DNA of 63,468 nt, counting the filler, from Octopus bimaculoides (Eukaryota), in NCBI RefSeq assembly GCF_001194135.2. It is 3 parts of 3 records of this genome, joined end to end, with 100 filler letters (N's around TTAATTAATTAA, not from the genome) between each part and the next. Parts side by side here need not be neighbours in the genome. Positions count along the whole stretch, not along the records: positions 28,280 to 57,748 come from NC_068984.1; positions 57,849 to 63,468 come from NC_068988.1; 1 more part is not named here. One strand, given 5' to 3'. Both the position numbers and the translations under genes were made by a program. Below the pieces are notes generated by a model. The model saw only the letters and a list, made by a program, of their open reading frames with translations. It did not search any database and was not told the DNA's origin. Positions 53,312 to 63,468 of the stretch are shown one piece after another. Each line of letters starts with the position of its first letter. Within the stretch, counting starts at the first letter, position 1.

Positions 53312-54368
53312 TCATCATCATCATCATCGTTTAACGTCCGCTTTCCATGCTAGCATGGGTTGGACAATTTGACTGAGGACTGGTGAAACTGGATGGCAAC
53401 ACCAGGCTCCAGTCTGATTTGGCAGAGTTTCTACAGCTGGATGGCCTTCCTAACACCAACCACTCAGAGTGTAGTGGGTGCTTTTACGTGTCACCCGCAC
53501 GAAAACGGCCACGCTCGAAATGGTGTCTTTTATGTGCCACCCNNNNNNNNNNNNNNNNNNNNNNNNNNNNNNNNNNNNNNNNNNNNNNNNNNNNNNNNNN
53601 NNNNNNNNNNNNNNNNNNNNNNNNNNNNNNNNNNNNNNNNNNNNNNNNNNNNNNNNNNNNNNNNNNNNNNNNNNNNNNNNNNNNNNNNNNNNNNNNNNNN
53701 NNNNNNNNNNNNNNNNNNNNNNNNNNNNNNNNNNNNNNNNNNNNNNNNNNNNNNNNNNNNNNNNNNNNNNNNNNNNNNNNNNNNNNNNNNNNNNNNNNNN
53801 NNNNNNNNNNNNNNNNNNNNNNNNNNNNNNNNNNNNNNNNNNNNNNNNNNNNNNNNNNNNNNNNNNNNNNNNNNNNNNNNNNNNNNNNNNNNNNNNNNNN
53901 NNNNNNNNNNNNNNNNNNNNNNNNNNNNNNNNNNNNNNNNNNNNNNNNNNNNNNNNNNNNNNNNNNNNNNNNNNNNNNNNNNNNNNNNNNNNNNNNNNNN
54001 NNNNNNNNNNNNNNNNNNNNNNNNNNNNNNNNNNNNNNNNNNCGCAGCTATCCTCCTCCATTCTCACCACATGTCCATACCAGCGCAATCGTCTCTCTTG
54101 CACGCCACAACTGATGCTTCTAATGTTAAGCTTTTCTCTCAAGATACTTACACTCTGACGGGTATTCACATTGACATTACACATCCAACGGAGCATACTG
54201 GCTTCATTCCTTGCGAGCTTACGTATGTCCTCAGCAGTTACAGCCCATGTTTCACTGCCATGTAGCATGGTTGTTCGTACGCATGCGTCATACAGTCTGC
54301 CTTTTACTCTGAGTGAGAGTCCCTTTGTCGCCAGCAGGGGTAAGAGCTCTCTAAACTTTGCCCAGGCT
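53312..54368 (-). mobile_element. RTE LINE 3' end (RT C-terminus plus 3' UTR and (GAT)n tail), spanning a gap
   Basis: MLHGSETWAVTAEDIRKLARNEASMLRWMCNV...QERRLRWYGHVVRM; UTR identical in pattern to 36250-36445. Confidence 0.9.
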
Positions 54369-54439
54369 CATCTATTCTAATTCAATATCTTAACAGTTAT
54401 ATACATTTTTCTGTAATTAATTTACACATTGCATTAATA

Positions 54440-54940
54440 AACATTTTTTCAATATCTCCAAATAACTAATGCTGCTAATGCATGCAGGGTTTTCAATTAA
54501 ATTTCATTACACTATGAATGCCCATAACTCCGACGTCGAACATACAAGTCAATTGATACTGTGCTCTGTAGCAATGATGCTGTTCATTACCCCGTTGAAT
54601 TCCTCAATAGCCTTGCACCCTCAGGTCTACCACTGCATGAATTGCATCTAAAGGTTAGAACTCCAGTTATGCTTTTAAGAAACCGCGATCCTCCAAAATT
54701 ATGCAATGGCACAAGACTTATTATCAAAAAATTGATGCAGACAGTTTTGGAGGCAACAATACTGACAGGGAAAGGAAGTGGTGAAGATGTTTTCATTCCA
54801 AAGATTCCTTCTGACACATAAATTGATTTCAAAAGGCTAAAATTCCCACTGAGATTAAGTTTTGTAATGAGCATCAACGAAGCACAGGATTAGACATTGG
54901 AAGTTGTAGGCCTTAATCTTGCACAACCTGCTTTTTCTCA
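54440..54940 (+). mobile_element. Helitron PIF1-like helicase fragment (pseudogenised)
   Basis: YKSIDT...YPVEFLNSLAPSGLPLHELHLKVRTPVMLLRNRDPPKLCNGTRL...FKRLKFPLRLSFVMSINEAQD*TLEVVGLNL...FSH, with stops. Truncated exactly where the inverted repeat begins. Confidence 0.92.
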
Positions 54941-55628
54941 CAGATATTTACAAGCAAGTTGTAAAAGGGAAAAATTAACAGTAATAATAATAGTGAGAGA
55001 GATGAAAGAGAAAAAAGACAGACATATGTGCAGTAAACTATAACATAAAAATAGGAATAAAAATCAAAATCTAACGGATATGTTTAAAAAAATGGCAACA
55101 GGTCGAGGCGAAGTATAATGTAAACTGGGCCACGCATGTATAGTAGAATATAACATAACAGGTGCACTAGCAGAAACAAACCAGAGAGTTATACTTATAC
55201 ATATTAATATTGAGATGTTTTTTCCCTGTTAAGTTCTCTGGGTCTTTCTCTGCTTGTATGTACATTTTTACTTAAACATTGTAACATTTTTCAAACATAA
55301 TCTTCCCTATCATTTTTAGCTTTGTGTAATATATATATTCTTTCATTTCTCAATATTAATATGTATAATTCTCTATGGTATTTTCTGCTAGTGCACCTAT
55401 TACATTATATTTTACTATACACACGTGGCCCTGTTTACATTATACTTCGTCTCAACCTGTTACCATTTTTTAAAACATATCCGTTAGATTTTTATTTTTA
55501 TGTTATAGTTTACTGCACATATAGACATGCATACACATTGATATGTCTGTCTTTTTTCCTCTTTCGTCTCTCTCACTTTTATTATTACTGTTATTTTTTC
55601 CCTTTTACAACTTGCTTGTAAATATCTG
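54941..55628. repeat. Long inverted repeat (arms 54941-55215 and 55348-55628, 132-nt spacer)
   Basis: The arms are reverse complements at high identity, e.g. CAGATATTTACAAGCAAGTTGTAAAAGGG/CCCTTTTACAACTTGCTTGTAAATATCTG and GGTGCACTAGCAGAAA/TTTCTGCTAGTGCACC. The right arm has one 22-nt extra segment. Confidence 0.92.
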
Positions 55629-55728
55629 ATTTTTCTCTATTACCCCATTTATATTCTCCCTTATTGTATCTTATTTTAATTCACTTTATTTTATTAAATC
55701 TTTTTTGATGTCCTTCCAAAAATTCCTC

Positions 55729-55826
55729 ACACTGATGAGAATGACAATGCATAAATTTAATTATAATTACTATGATCATAACGTTTTTCTTACATATTTA
55801 TATTGTCCTTTGAAACACGCCTATGT
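55729..55826 (+). ncRNA. Degenerate hammerhead motif with an extended stem II
   Basis: ACA-CTGATGA-GAATGACAAT...ATTGTCCTTT-GAAA-CACGCC-TA-TGT. Stem II pairs 9/10 and is extended by ATAAAT/ATTTAT. Stem III is damaged. Confidence 0.55.
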
Positions 55827-56020
55827 ATTGAATCCTATTTTGTATTAAATCTAATTTTGATTCAACATCTTTTTTTCTCCTCCATTTTTCTATAATTGTT
55901 TTATGGTATATTTATAGCTATGACGATATTTTTAAACATATAATACATACATATATAGTATATATAAGGCGGTGCCCCAGGATGGCCACAGTCTAATGAC
56001 TGAAACAAATGAAATGTAAA

Positions 56021-56050
<30 letters not shown>

Positions 56051-56054
<4 letters not shown>

Positions 56055-56340
56055 TCATTTAATGTCCGTTGTCTATGCTGGCATGGGTGATAGTTTGACC
56101 GGAGCTGGTAAGCTGCAACGCTGCACCAGACTCCAGTCTGATTTGGCATGGTTTTCTAATATCAATCGCTTTGAGGGGGTAATGGGTGCTTTTACATGCC
56201 ACCGGCATGGGTGCCATTTGCGTGACACCGGAATCTGCCATGACTACGATTTTGCTTGGCTTTGTGGGTCTTCTCAGCATGACATAATGCCAAAGGTCTT
56301 GGTCATTGCCTGTGTGAGGCCCAACATACAAGTTACGACC
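56051..56340 (-). mobile_element. Related RTE 3' end (coding tail plus UTR)
   Basis: DQDLWHYVMLRRP-like end and the CCATGCCAGCATAGACAACGGACATTAAATGA tail variant; the same variant occurs at 42290-42430. Confidence 0.7.
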
Positions 56341-56789
56341 CTAATCTAGTGTTAAATCTTGGTATAAAATATTTTTCTTGTCATAGTTTTAGTTTTACCC
56401 CATGTACAAATTGCACCCCAGTTTTTTCAGTTAAAATCAAGTATAAACTAGTGTGACTGATACACAAGTAAATACAGTATTTCTATAGCAACATTTTTTT
56501 CTGATCTTTATCTTTTACTTGTTTCGGTTATTAGACTGTGGCCAGGCTAGGGTGTCACCTTGAAAAATTTTAATCAAATGAATCGACTGCAATACTTATA
56601 ACTATTTAGTAAAGTCTGATACCTATTCTGTTAGTCTCTTTCACCAAACTGCTAAGTTACAGAGACATAAACAAATCAACATCAGTTGTCAAGTGGTGGT
56701 GGTTGGGGACAAACAGAGATACAAAGACACTTATAGATATGTATATATGCAATGGGCTTCTTTCAGTTTCAGTCTACCAAACCTACATC

Positions 56790-57731
56790 ACCATGTCCAG
56801 GTCGACCAGAGCCCTGTGACAGGACTCCTTGCTTCATTAAGAGGATAATCCTCAATGCAAGGCCTCTGACATAGCAAAACAAGTCAATGTCAGTCTCAGA
56901 GAAGCTGTCGGGTATCTCCACAAACTTGGCTACTATGGCAGAGCAGCGAGGAGGAAGCCACTTCTTCGACCAGCCAATATCAAGTAGAGAAAAGATTGGA
57001 CCAGTGAGAAGGTAGAAAGGCCACTAGCATTTTGGGACATTGTCATATTCTCTGGTAAGTCCAAATTTGCTCTATTTTCTGACAGTGGCCAAGTGTAGGA
57101 CAGGAGACTCAGCAATCAAGACTTTGACATGAAAAGATTGCAGCCAACAATGAAACATGGCAGCTATTCTGTGATGTCTGGAGAGCAATTTGGAGCAATG
57201 GTTGATCAGAGTTGGTGGAGTGTGAAGGAAACAAACTCAGATAAATATGTGTCCATATTGCAGAAAGGACTCCTTCCAATCTTCTCCAGTGGTGAAATGA
57301 TTAAAGAAAATTCTTTCTTTATGGAAGATGTGGTTCTTTGTCACATGGCTAAAAAGACCCAAGATTAGTTGGAAGAGAATGGCATTAAAAACCTTCCATG
57401 GCCAAGCGAGCTACCAGATATGAACTCTACTGAATGCTTCTGGGGCATAATGGACAGAACACTTCATAAAAAAGGAAAAGAAAGCATCCTCAACACCAGA
57501 TCTTTTGAGATTACTCGGTGAAATTTGGTAAGAAATTCCTTAAGAGAATATTTGTCATCTGATGAGTAACATGCCTAACAGGGTCCTTGCACTGAAAAAT
57601 GCAAAGAGCATGTCTAATAAATATTAGATATTTACATTATAATAATTAATGAATAATCTGAACGTATAATTTCAGATTTAAATAAATTTTAACGATTATA
57701 AGGGTGTCTATTTACTTCTGTAATGCTGGTG
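56790..57731 (+). mobile_element. Tc1-like transposon, 5'-truncated pseudogene
   Basis: KLGYYGRAARRKPLL...WDIVIFSGKS...LQPTMKHG...YVSILQ...FFMED...WPSELPDMNSTE, with stops. Ends ...CTGGTG|TA. Confidence 0.88.
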
Positions 57732-57748
57732 TATGTATGTATGTATGT

Positions 57749-57848
57749 NNNNNNNNNNNNNNNNNNNNNNNNNNNNNNNNNNNNNNNNNNNNTTAATTAA
57801 TTAANNNNNNNNNNNNNNNNNNNNNNNNNNNNNNNNNNNNNNNNNNNN
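57749..57848. other. Scaffold-join marker N44-TTAATTAATTAA-N44
   Basis: Exactly 100 bp and identical to the marker at 28180. Confidence 0.95.
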
Positions 57849-57884
<36 letters not shown>

Positions 57885-58915
57885 TCATATATATATACAT
57901 GTGTCTCTGTGTGTGCGCGCGCACATGCATTAAGAAACAGTGAGAGATCGTGGGAAGGCGAGATATTTTTGTCCAGTCAATGAAACTACAGATGAAGGTC
58001 AAGTGAAAACACTTAATAAAACAAAAACACTGGAGGAAAAGAGATTTGTTTTTACGGTCAAGATTTATTAGTGATATACAAATTTATCATTTGTTCTTCC
58101 TCGGTGTCTTAGTAACGTGCATACAAAGTAGGGGCAGATGTGTGATTATGCAACAACGTTCTCACCGTGTTGATACTGGCTGGACAATGAGTGGACAGTG
58201 AGTGGATCGTGAGAGAAAAACTTCGTCACAGTTAAACGGTCAGAGTGCATGTGTAACGTGTTGTTGTTCTCTATAATTGCACTGTTGCGCTAAGGCTTTC
58301 GGCTACACATACATAATGACTGTTATATATGGCACCACATGTATAGTAGTCGCAGTTAGTCGTTTGATTTGTGTGTACTTTATTAGTAAAGCTGCAAAAT
58401 CTCACAAAGACTGTTATTTCAGCGTTTCACGTTCCACAGTTTTGGTTGAGGATGGAACAAAATATGGTTATATGCATAAATATAGAATTATGTTGATAGA
58501 TACACATTTGAAAACGGCTTTGTTTCATTGGTCCTTTCAAGTAACGTTCTTTTTCAATAACTGATTATATATGAAGTTACAATTACAATTTAAAATCATG
58601 TAAAAATCGAAAAACACCTTAAATCAAGCATTAGCTTTAGTAGAGGTGGGGGAGAAATCCTGTATACCCAGGGTCAATTAATTAATGGTAAAAAATAATA
58701 AACTTAAATAAATTTTTAAAATATGTCCGTTTGAAATAATAAACATTTACAAAGAACTAACATCATAAAACTACATATACATTTAGTAATACATACACAT
58801 ACCAACAAACATATATATACATATATACACTAAACGTACAAACGTTGGTACATGCTTGCATACATATACAAATAAATACAGGTAAAACATAAATATATAC
58901 AAATGCATATATAGG

Positions 58916-58951
<36 letters not shown>

Positions 58952-59017
58952 NNNNNNNNNNNNNNNNNNNNNNNNNNNNNNNNNNNNNNNNNNNNNNNNN
59001 NNNNNNNNNNNNNNNNN

Positions 59018-59057
<40 letters not shown>

Positions 59058-59242
59058 AAAGACGAAGACAGGTGTATGAACGACAAGCAATTATATTAGT
59101 TTCACGCTCGGGTAAAATGGCAAAGTCTTTTATGATACGTGCCTACATATATATATACATACATACAATCATACATACATACATACATAATAGACAAATT
59201 AAAATAATAGTCATTTCATATAATTCCCTTATTATACCAAAT

Positions 59243-59315
59243 TTGCCTTACAGCTGTCTCCAGTAGTCATTTATCGATAGGTTTACTCAATTGGTCTACT
59301 GATCACTTGAGGTAA
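59243..59315 (-). ncRNA. Hammerhead relic of the GAAACAGCTGTA family
   Basis: Minus strand reads TTACCT-CAAGTGA-T-CAGTAG...CTACTG-GAGA-CAGCTG-TA-AGGCAA. All three stems pair; both core boxes are mutated. Confidence 0.55.
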
Positions 59316-59874
59316 ATTAAAAGACCTGTGAAAATTAAAGATAGCTTCGTCTGAGCCATACTCTGTAAAAATCAGTTTATCTGAAGCCCATCCACGGATT
59401 TACAATATAGGATTGTGATGAACCATAACTTGTGACCCTACCAAAGGATTATCTGGTGTTCTTCAGTAATTTGATATTGTTAGCCAGGTGTGCCACCAGA
59501 GAACTTATGAAATATTTTGCCCAGATTGATAATCTCTCAGCATTTCTTCTGTATGTGTGTGTGTATTTATAAGCATATTACAATGGATAATACTAAGTGC
59601 ACTTTTCCTTTTTTTCTCTCTCCATTTCTTTTTTCTTTTTGATGTAATCTTGGGACTAAAAATGTTTGCGGCTGACGATAGCTTTAAACCATCCTTTCTA
59701 TCAATTATATACTCATATAATGATGCAACGATTGTTTGTGTATAAAGCTTGAAATACGTGTACCGCGGAATCCTTTGTGTTCTGTTTTCATTTTACGTTT
59801 TAATATATACAAACTTACATAGATATATATCATATATATATGTGTCTGTGTGTGTCTGTGAACGAACGTATGTC

Positions 59875-59919
<45 letters not shown>

Positions 59920-60600
59920 NNNNNNNNNNNNNNNNNNNNNNNNNNNNNNNNNNNNNNNNNNNNNNNNNNNNNNNNNNNNNNNNNNNNNNNNNNNNNNNNN
60001 NNNNNNNNNNNNNNNNNNNNNNNNNNNNNNNNNNNNNNNNNNNNNNNNNNNNNNNNNNNNNNNNNNNNNNNNNNNNNNNNNNNNNNNNNNNNNNNNNNNN
60101 NNNNNNNNNNNNNNNNNNNNNNNNNNNNNNNNNNNNNNNNNNNNNNNNNNNNNNNNNNNNNNNNNNNNNNNNNNNNNNNNNNNNNNNNNNNNNNNNNNNN
60201 NNNNNNNNNNNNNNNNNNNNNNNNNNNNNNNNNNNNNNNNNNNNNNNNNNNNNNNNNNNNNNNNNNNNNNNNNNNNNNNNNNNNNNNNNNNNNNNNNNNN
60301 NNNNNNNNNNNNNNNNNNNNNNNNNNNNNNNNNNNNNNNNNNNNNNNNNNNNNNNNNNNNNNNNNNNNNNNNNNNNNNNNNNNNNNNNNNNNNNNNNNNN
60401 NNNNNNNNNNNNNNNNNNNNNNNNNNNNNNNNNNNNNNNNNNNNNNNNNNNNNNNNNNNNNNNNNNNNNNNNNNNNNNNNNNNNNNNNNNNNNNNNNNNN
60501 NNNNNNNNNNNNNNNNNNNNNNNNNNNNNNNNNNNNNNNNNNNNNNNNNNNNNNNNNNNNNNNNNNNNNNNNNNNNNNNNNNNNNNNNNNNNNNNNNNNN

Positions 60601-60668
<68 letters not shown>

Positions 60669-61247
60669 AACACTCACAAAAATTAATACACATAGATCCG
60701 CACACATTGCATATATGCGCATGCCTATACACACATTTTCACAGAAACGTTCGTACATACATAAGCACATACACACACCACACACCACACACCACACACC
60801 ACATACACGCTCAGAGATAAACACATAAACACTGTTTGCTATGAATAACTCAGCACGTCATCATAAAACATGAAAAGACATCAAGGAAAGTAAACAAACC
60901 TTAAATACAGAGAACATTTCATACATATGTCAGTGAATAGCGTGTATGCCGTCAATAGGATTACTGACAATATATACAGGACTTTAACTAATAGAGGTAA
61001 CTAATGAAGGTCAACGCGATTGAACAAGAAGACCCTATTTCAATACAAATATCAACCAGTTTTGCCTATGCTTTCATTCATACAAGCAGTACCCAAGTCT
61101 CAGTCAGAGACACCAAGGTACAAGACAGACAGCGATGCAAACGCTAAATATATATGACACCGGTGTTATGAAACAAAAACTGTCTTATAAATTTAGAATA
61201 AATCTGAATGGATATCGTTGTTGTTGTTATTATCATTTTGGCAGACG

Positions 61248-61540
61248 AAGGTGACGAGCTAGCAGAATCGTTAGCACGCTGGGCGAAATGCTTAGCGGTG
61301 TTTCACCCGTCGGTGAGTTCTGAGTTCAAATTCTGCCGAGGTTGACTTTGACTTTCATCCTTTCCGGGGTCGATGAATTAAGTACCTGTTGCGTACTGAT
61401 ATCGATCTAATCGACTGGTACTCTCCCCAAAAATTTCGGGCCTTGAGCCTTGAGTAGAAAAGAATCGTTAGCAAGCTGGACGAAATGCCCAGCGGTAATC
61501 GGCATTTCGCCAGTTGCTGTGTTTTGAGTTCAAATTCACC
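61248..61540 (+). mobile_element. Family A SINE followed by a partial second copy
   Basis: Same motifs as 21712; the second head starts at about 61463. Confidence 0.8.
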
Positions 61541-61701
61541 TAGCATCATAATTTGGAAATATCTATAAAACAGTCAAAAGCTTGTTTATTTTTATGTTTT
61601 TTTAAAAATTTATTTATTATTAGTGTTGCTTAATATGTTTTGCTAAAGTTGCTGTTTCTTTTCAGATATCATCAGAAAAAAGATAATTAAAAGTCATTAA
61701 A

Positions 61702-62407
61702 ATGACAGATCTATCGGACTTTCAAAGAGGTCAAATTATTAGTGTTCGTATGGCTGGTGCTAGCATAACGAAAACAGCCGAAATGTTTGGTGTCTCGAAA
61801 GTAATGACAGCCTTTGAGAAAGAAGGAAAAACCTCCTCGTTGAAACAAAACTCTGGAAGAAAACCAAAATTTTCAGATAGGGACCGTCGGACTCTTACAC
61901 GAATTGTTAGAAAGGTTCACAAAATTACTGCTCCAAAAATTACTGCAGAGCTTACTGACCACCTCGAGAACCCAGTTTCCACAAAAACTGTTCGCCGGGA
62001 GCTGTACAAAGCCGGATTTAACAGGAGGGCTGCAATCAGAAATTCACTACTTTCAGAAACAAACGTTGTAAAACGTTTAGAGTGGAGTAAAAATCTACAG
62101 AATTGGTCCCTAGAGCAGTGGAAGAATGTTATTTTCTCCGATTAGTCATCCTTTACCTTATTTCTGACCACTGGCCGAGTATAGGTGTGGAGACAGCCAA
62201 AAGAAGCATTTGACCCAGATTGCCTTCTTCCAACTGTTAAACATGGAGGAGGATCTGTGATGATCTGGGGTGAGGGGGCTATATGTTGGAAATCCGCCGG
62301 CCCAAAGCTTTCCTTTCATGGCAGAATTAATAGTCAAGAGTATTTAAGCATTTTATCTGATCAAATTCATCCTATGGTTGCGGAACTGTTTCCGGAGATA
62401 AACGCGT
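61702..62407 (+). mobile_element. Tc1-like transposase pseudogene, 3'-truncated
   Basis: MTDLSDFQRGQI...GRKPK...VSTKTVRREL...WKNVIFSD*S...PTVKHGGGSVMIWG...INSQEYLSIL. Confidence 0.92.
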
Positions 62408-63468
62408 AATCATGGAGGTGTGAGTTCGAGCCTCATAGCTGTCCACCTACACGTTTTTTCTGCAAAATAGGGGTAGTTTATCCTGTTCAGGCTATATTAT
62501 TAGCATTATCCTGCGTTTGAGAATTTAAAATCACTTCTTTAACTTTCAAAGACATTTCAACGCTTCTAAAAGCAAACTTCGTTTGTTTGTTTACGTTGAT
62601 CGAAATTTGAATTTTATATATATATATATATATATACTCAGATATGTATATATCTTACTTGTATTTTCATTGCATATGTTTCTTTTTATACACTCCTTTT
62701 TAATCAAGAAGACTTATGATCTGCAAGTGTTGCTGATATAACCATCCTTTTTCAGGATGGTTATATTAGCCACACTTGTAAATCATGAGATAGACCCTGT
62801 GTATCATGAAAAGCAATAAACTGTTAGTCTGAAGAAGATTCTGCGCGATTAGATAGAGATTCGTTTCCTATCATTTGCAGGTTGGGCCGCCATGTTGACG
62901 TTTCATCGCTATATCATTTTGTAATTTATACAAATGTGTGTGGGAAGGTGCGTGTGTTTGTGAGTGTATGTGTCTGCTTTTGGGTGTGTGCGTGTGTGAC
63001 TGTTCATATGTGTGTTTTCGTTTTTATGCATAAGTGTAATTTTGGATGTATATATACGAATAGGGACTGGGCTGAAATGTCCTTGCCCTAGCTTTAAAGG
63101 TATTGCGTAAGGCCTGACTGGAGGCCCAACCTTTCTGAGTTCTTTTACAAGGCTCAGGACAACTGAAAGACTGCAGCAATAAGTGCGTGAATCTGAGAAG
63201 AGGAATGTGTTGAATAAAATCGTGATTAACTGATCATCCTGGGTTTTCTTTTACCCTATGCCAGGAATTTTTCAGCACCCCGCCCCCTTATGAGAATATA
63301 AAAAAACGTATGCATAAACATATATTTTTTTTCTCCCTTTACATATATATATATATACACATAAATATATATACATATATATATATATATACATACATAT
63401 ATATACGTCGTATATATGTATATATATATATGTATGTGTGTTTGTGTGTCTGTGTTTGTCCCCCCCCC

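Noticed and set aside
59320-59550. Coding-like remnant upstream of the 59243 hammerhead relic
   Set aside because: Stops in all frames and no motif that could be assigned to RT or GIY-YIG.

Overview
Eukaryotic, AT-rich, microsatellite-dense and gappy DNA. The SINE, RTE and Penelope-type repeat families point to an octopus genome (inference, not verified). Two 100-bp scaffold-join markers (N44-TTAATTAATTAA-N44 at 28180 and 57749) divide the window into three blocks. The middle block carries seven in-frame, GT-AG-bounded minus-strand exons of a focadhesin (FOCAD) orthologue. Its introns are CpG-depleted and packed with decayed transposons: Gypsy integrase, RTE LINEs, mariner, Tc1, Helitron, a Penelope GIY-YIG element, and piggyBac-like and hAT MITEs. 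Nearly all ORFs in the supplied track are microsatellite or gap artefacts. The most interesting signal is about ten type I hammerhead ribozyme (HHR) motifs, two with fully intact cores. One family has a long (72-84 nt), structured, covarying stem II. Another motif sits in a tRNA-Ser-headed SINE that carries a hammerhead-like core plus an inverted copy of it, all inside one target-site duplication. A young 5S rRNA-headed SINE sits next to a FOCAD splice acceptor. All structures were read by eye; no folding, alignment or database search was run.
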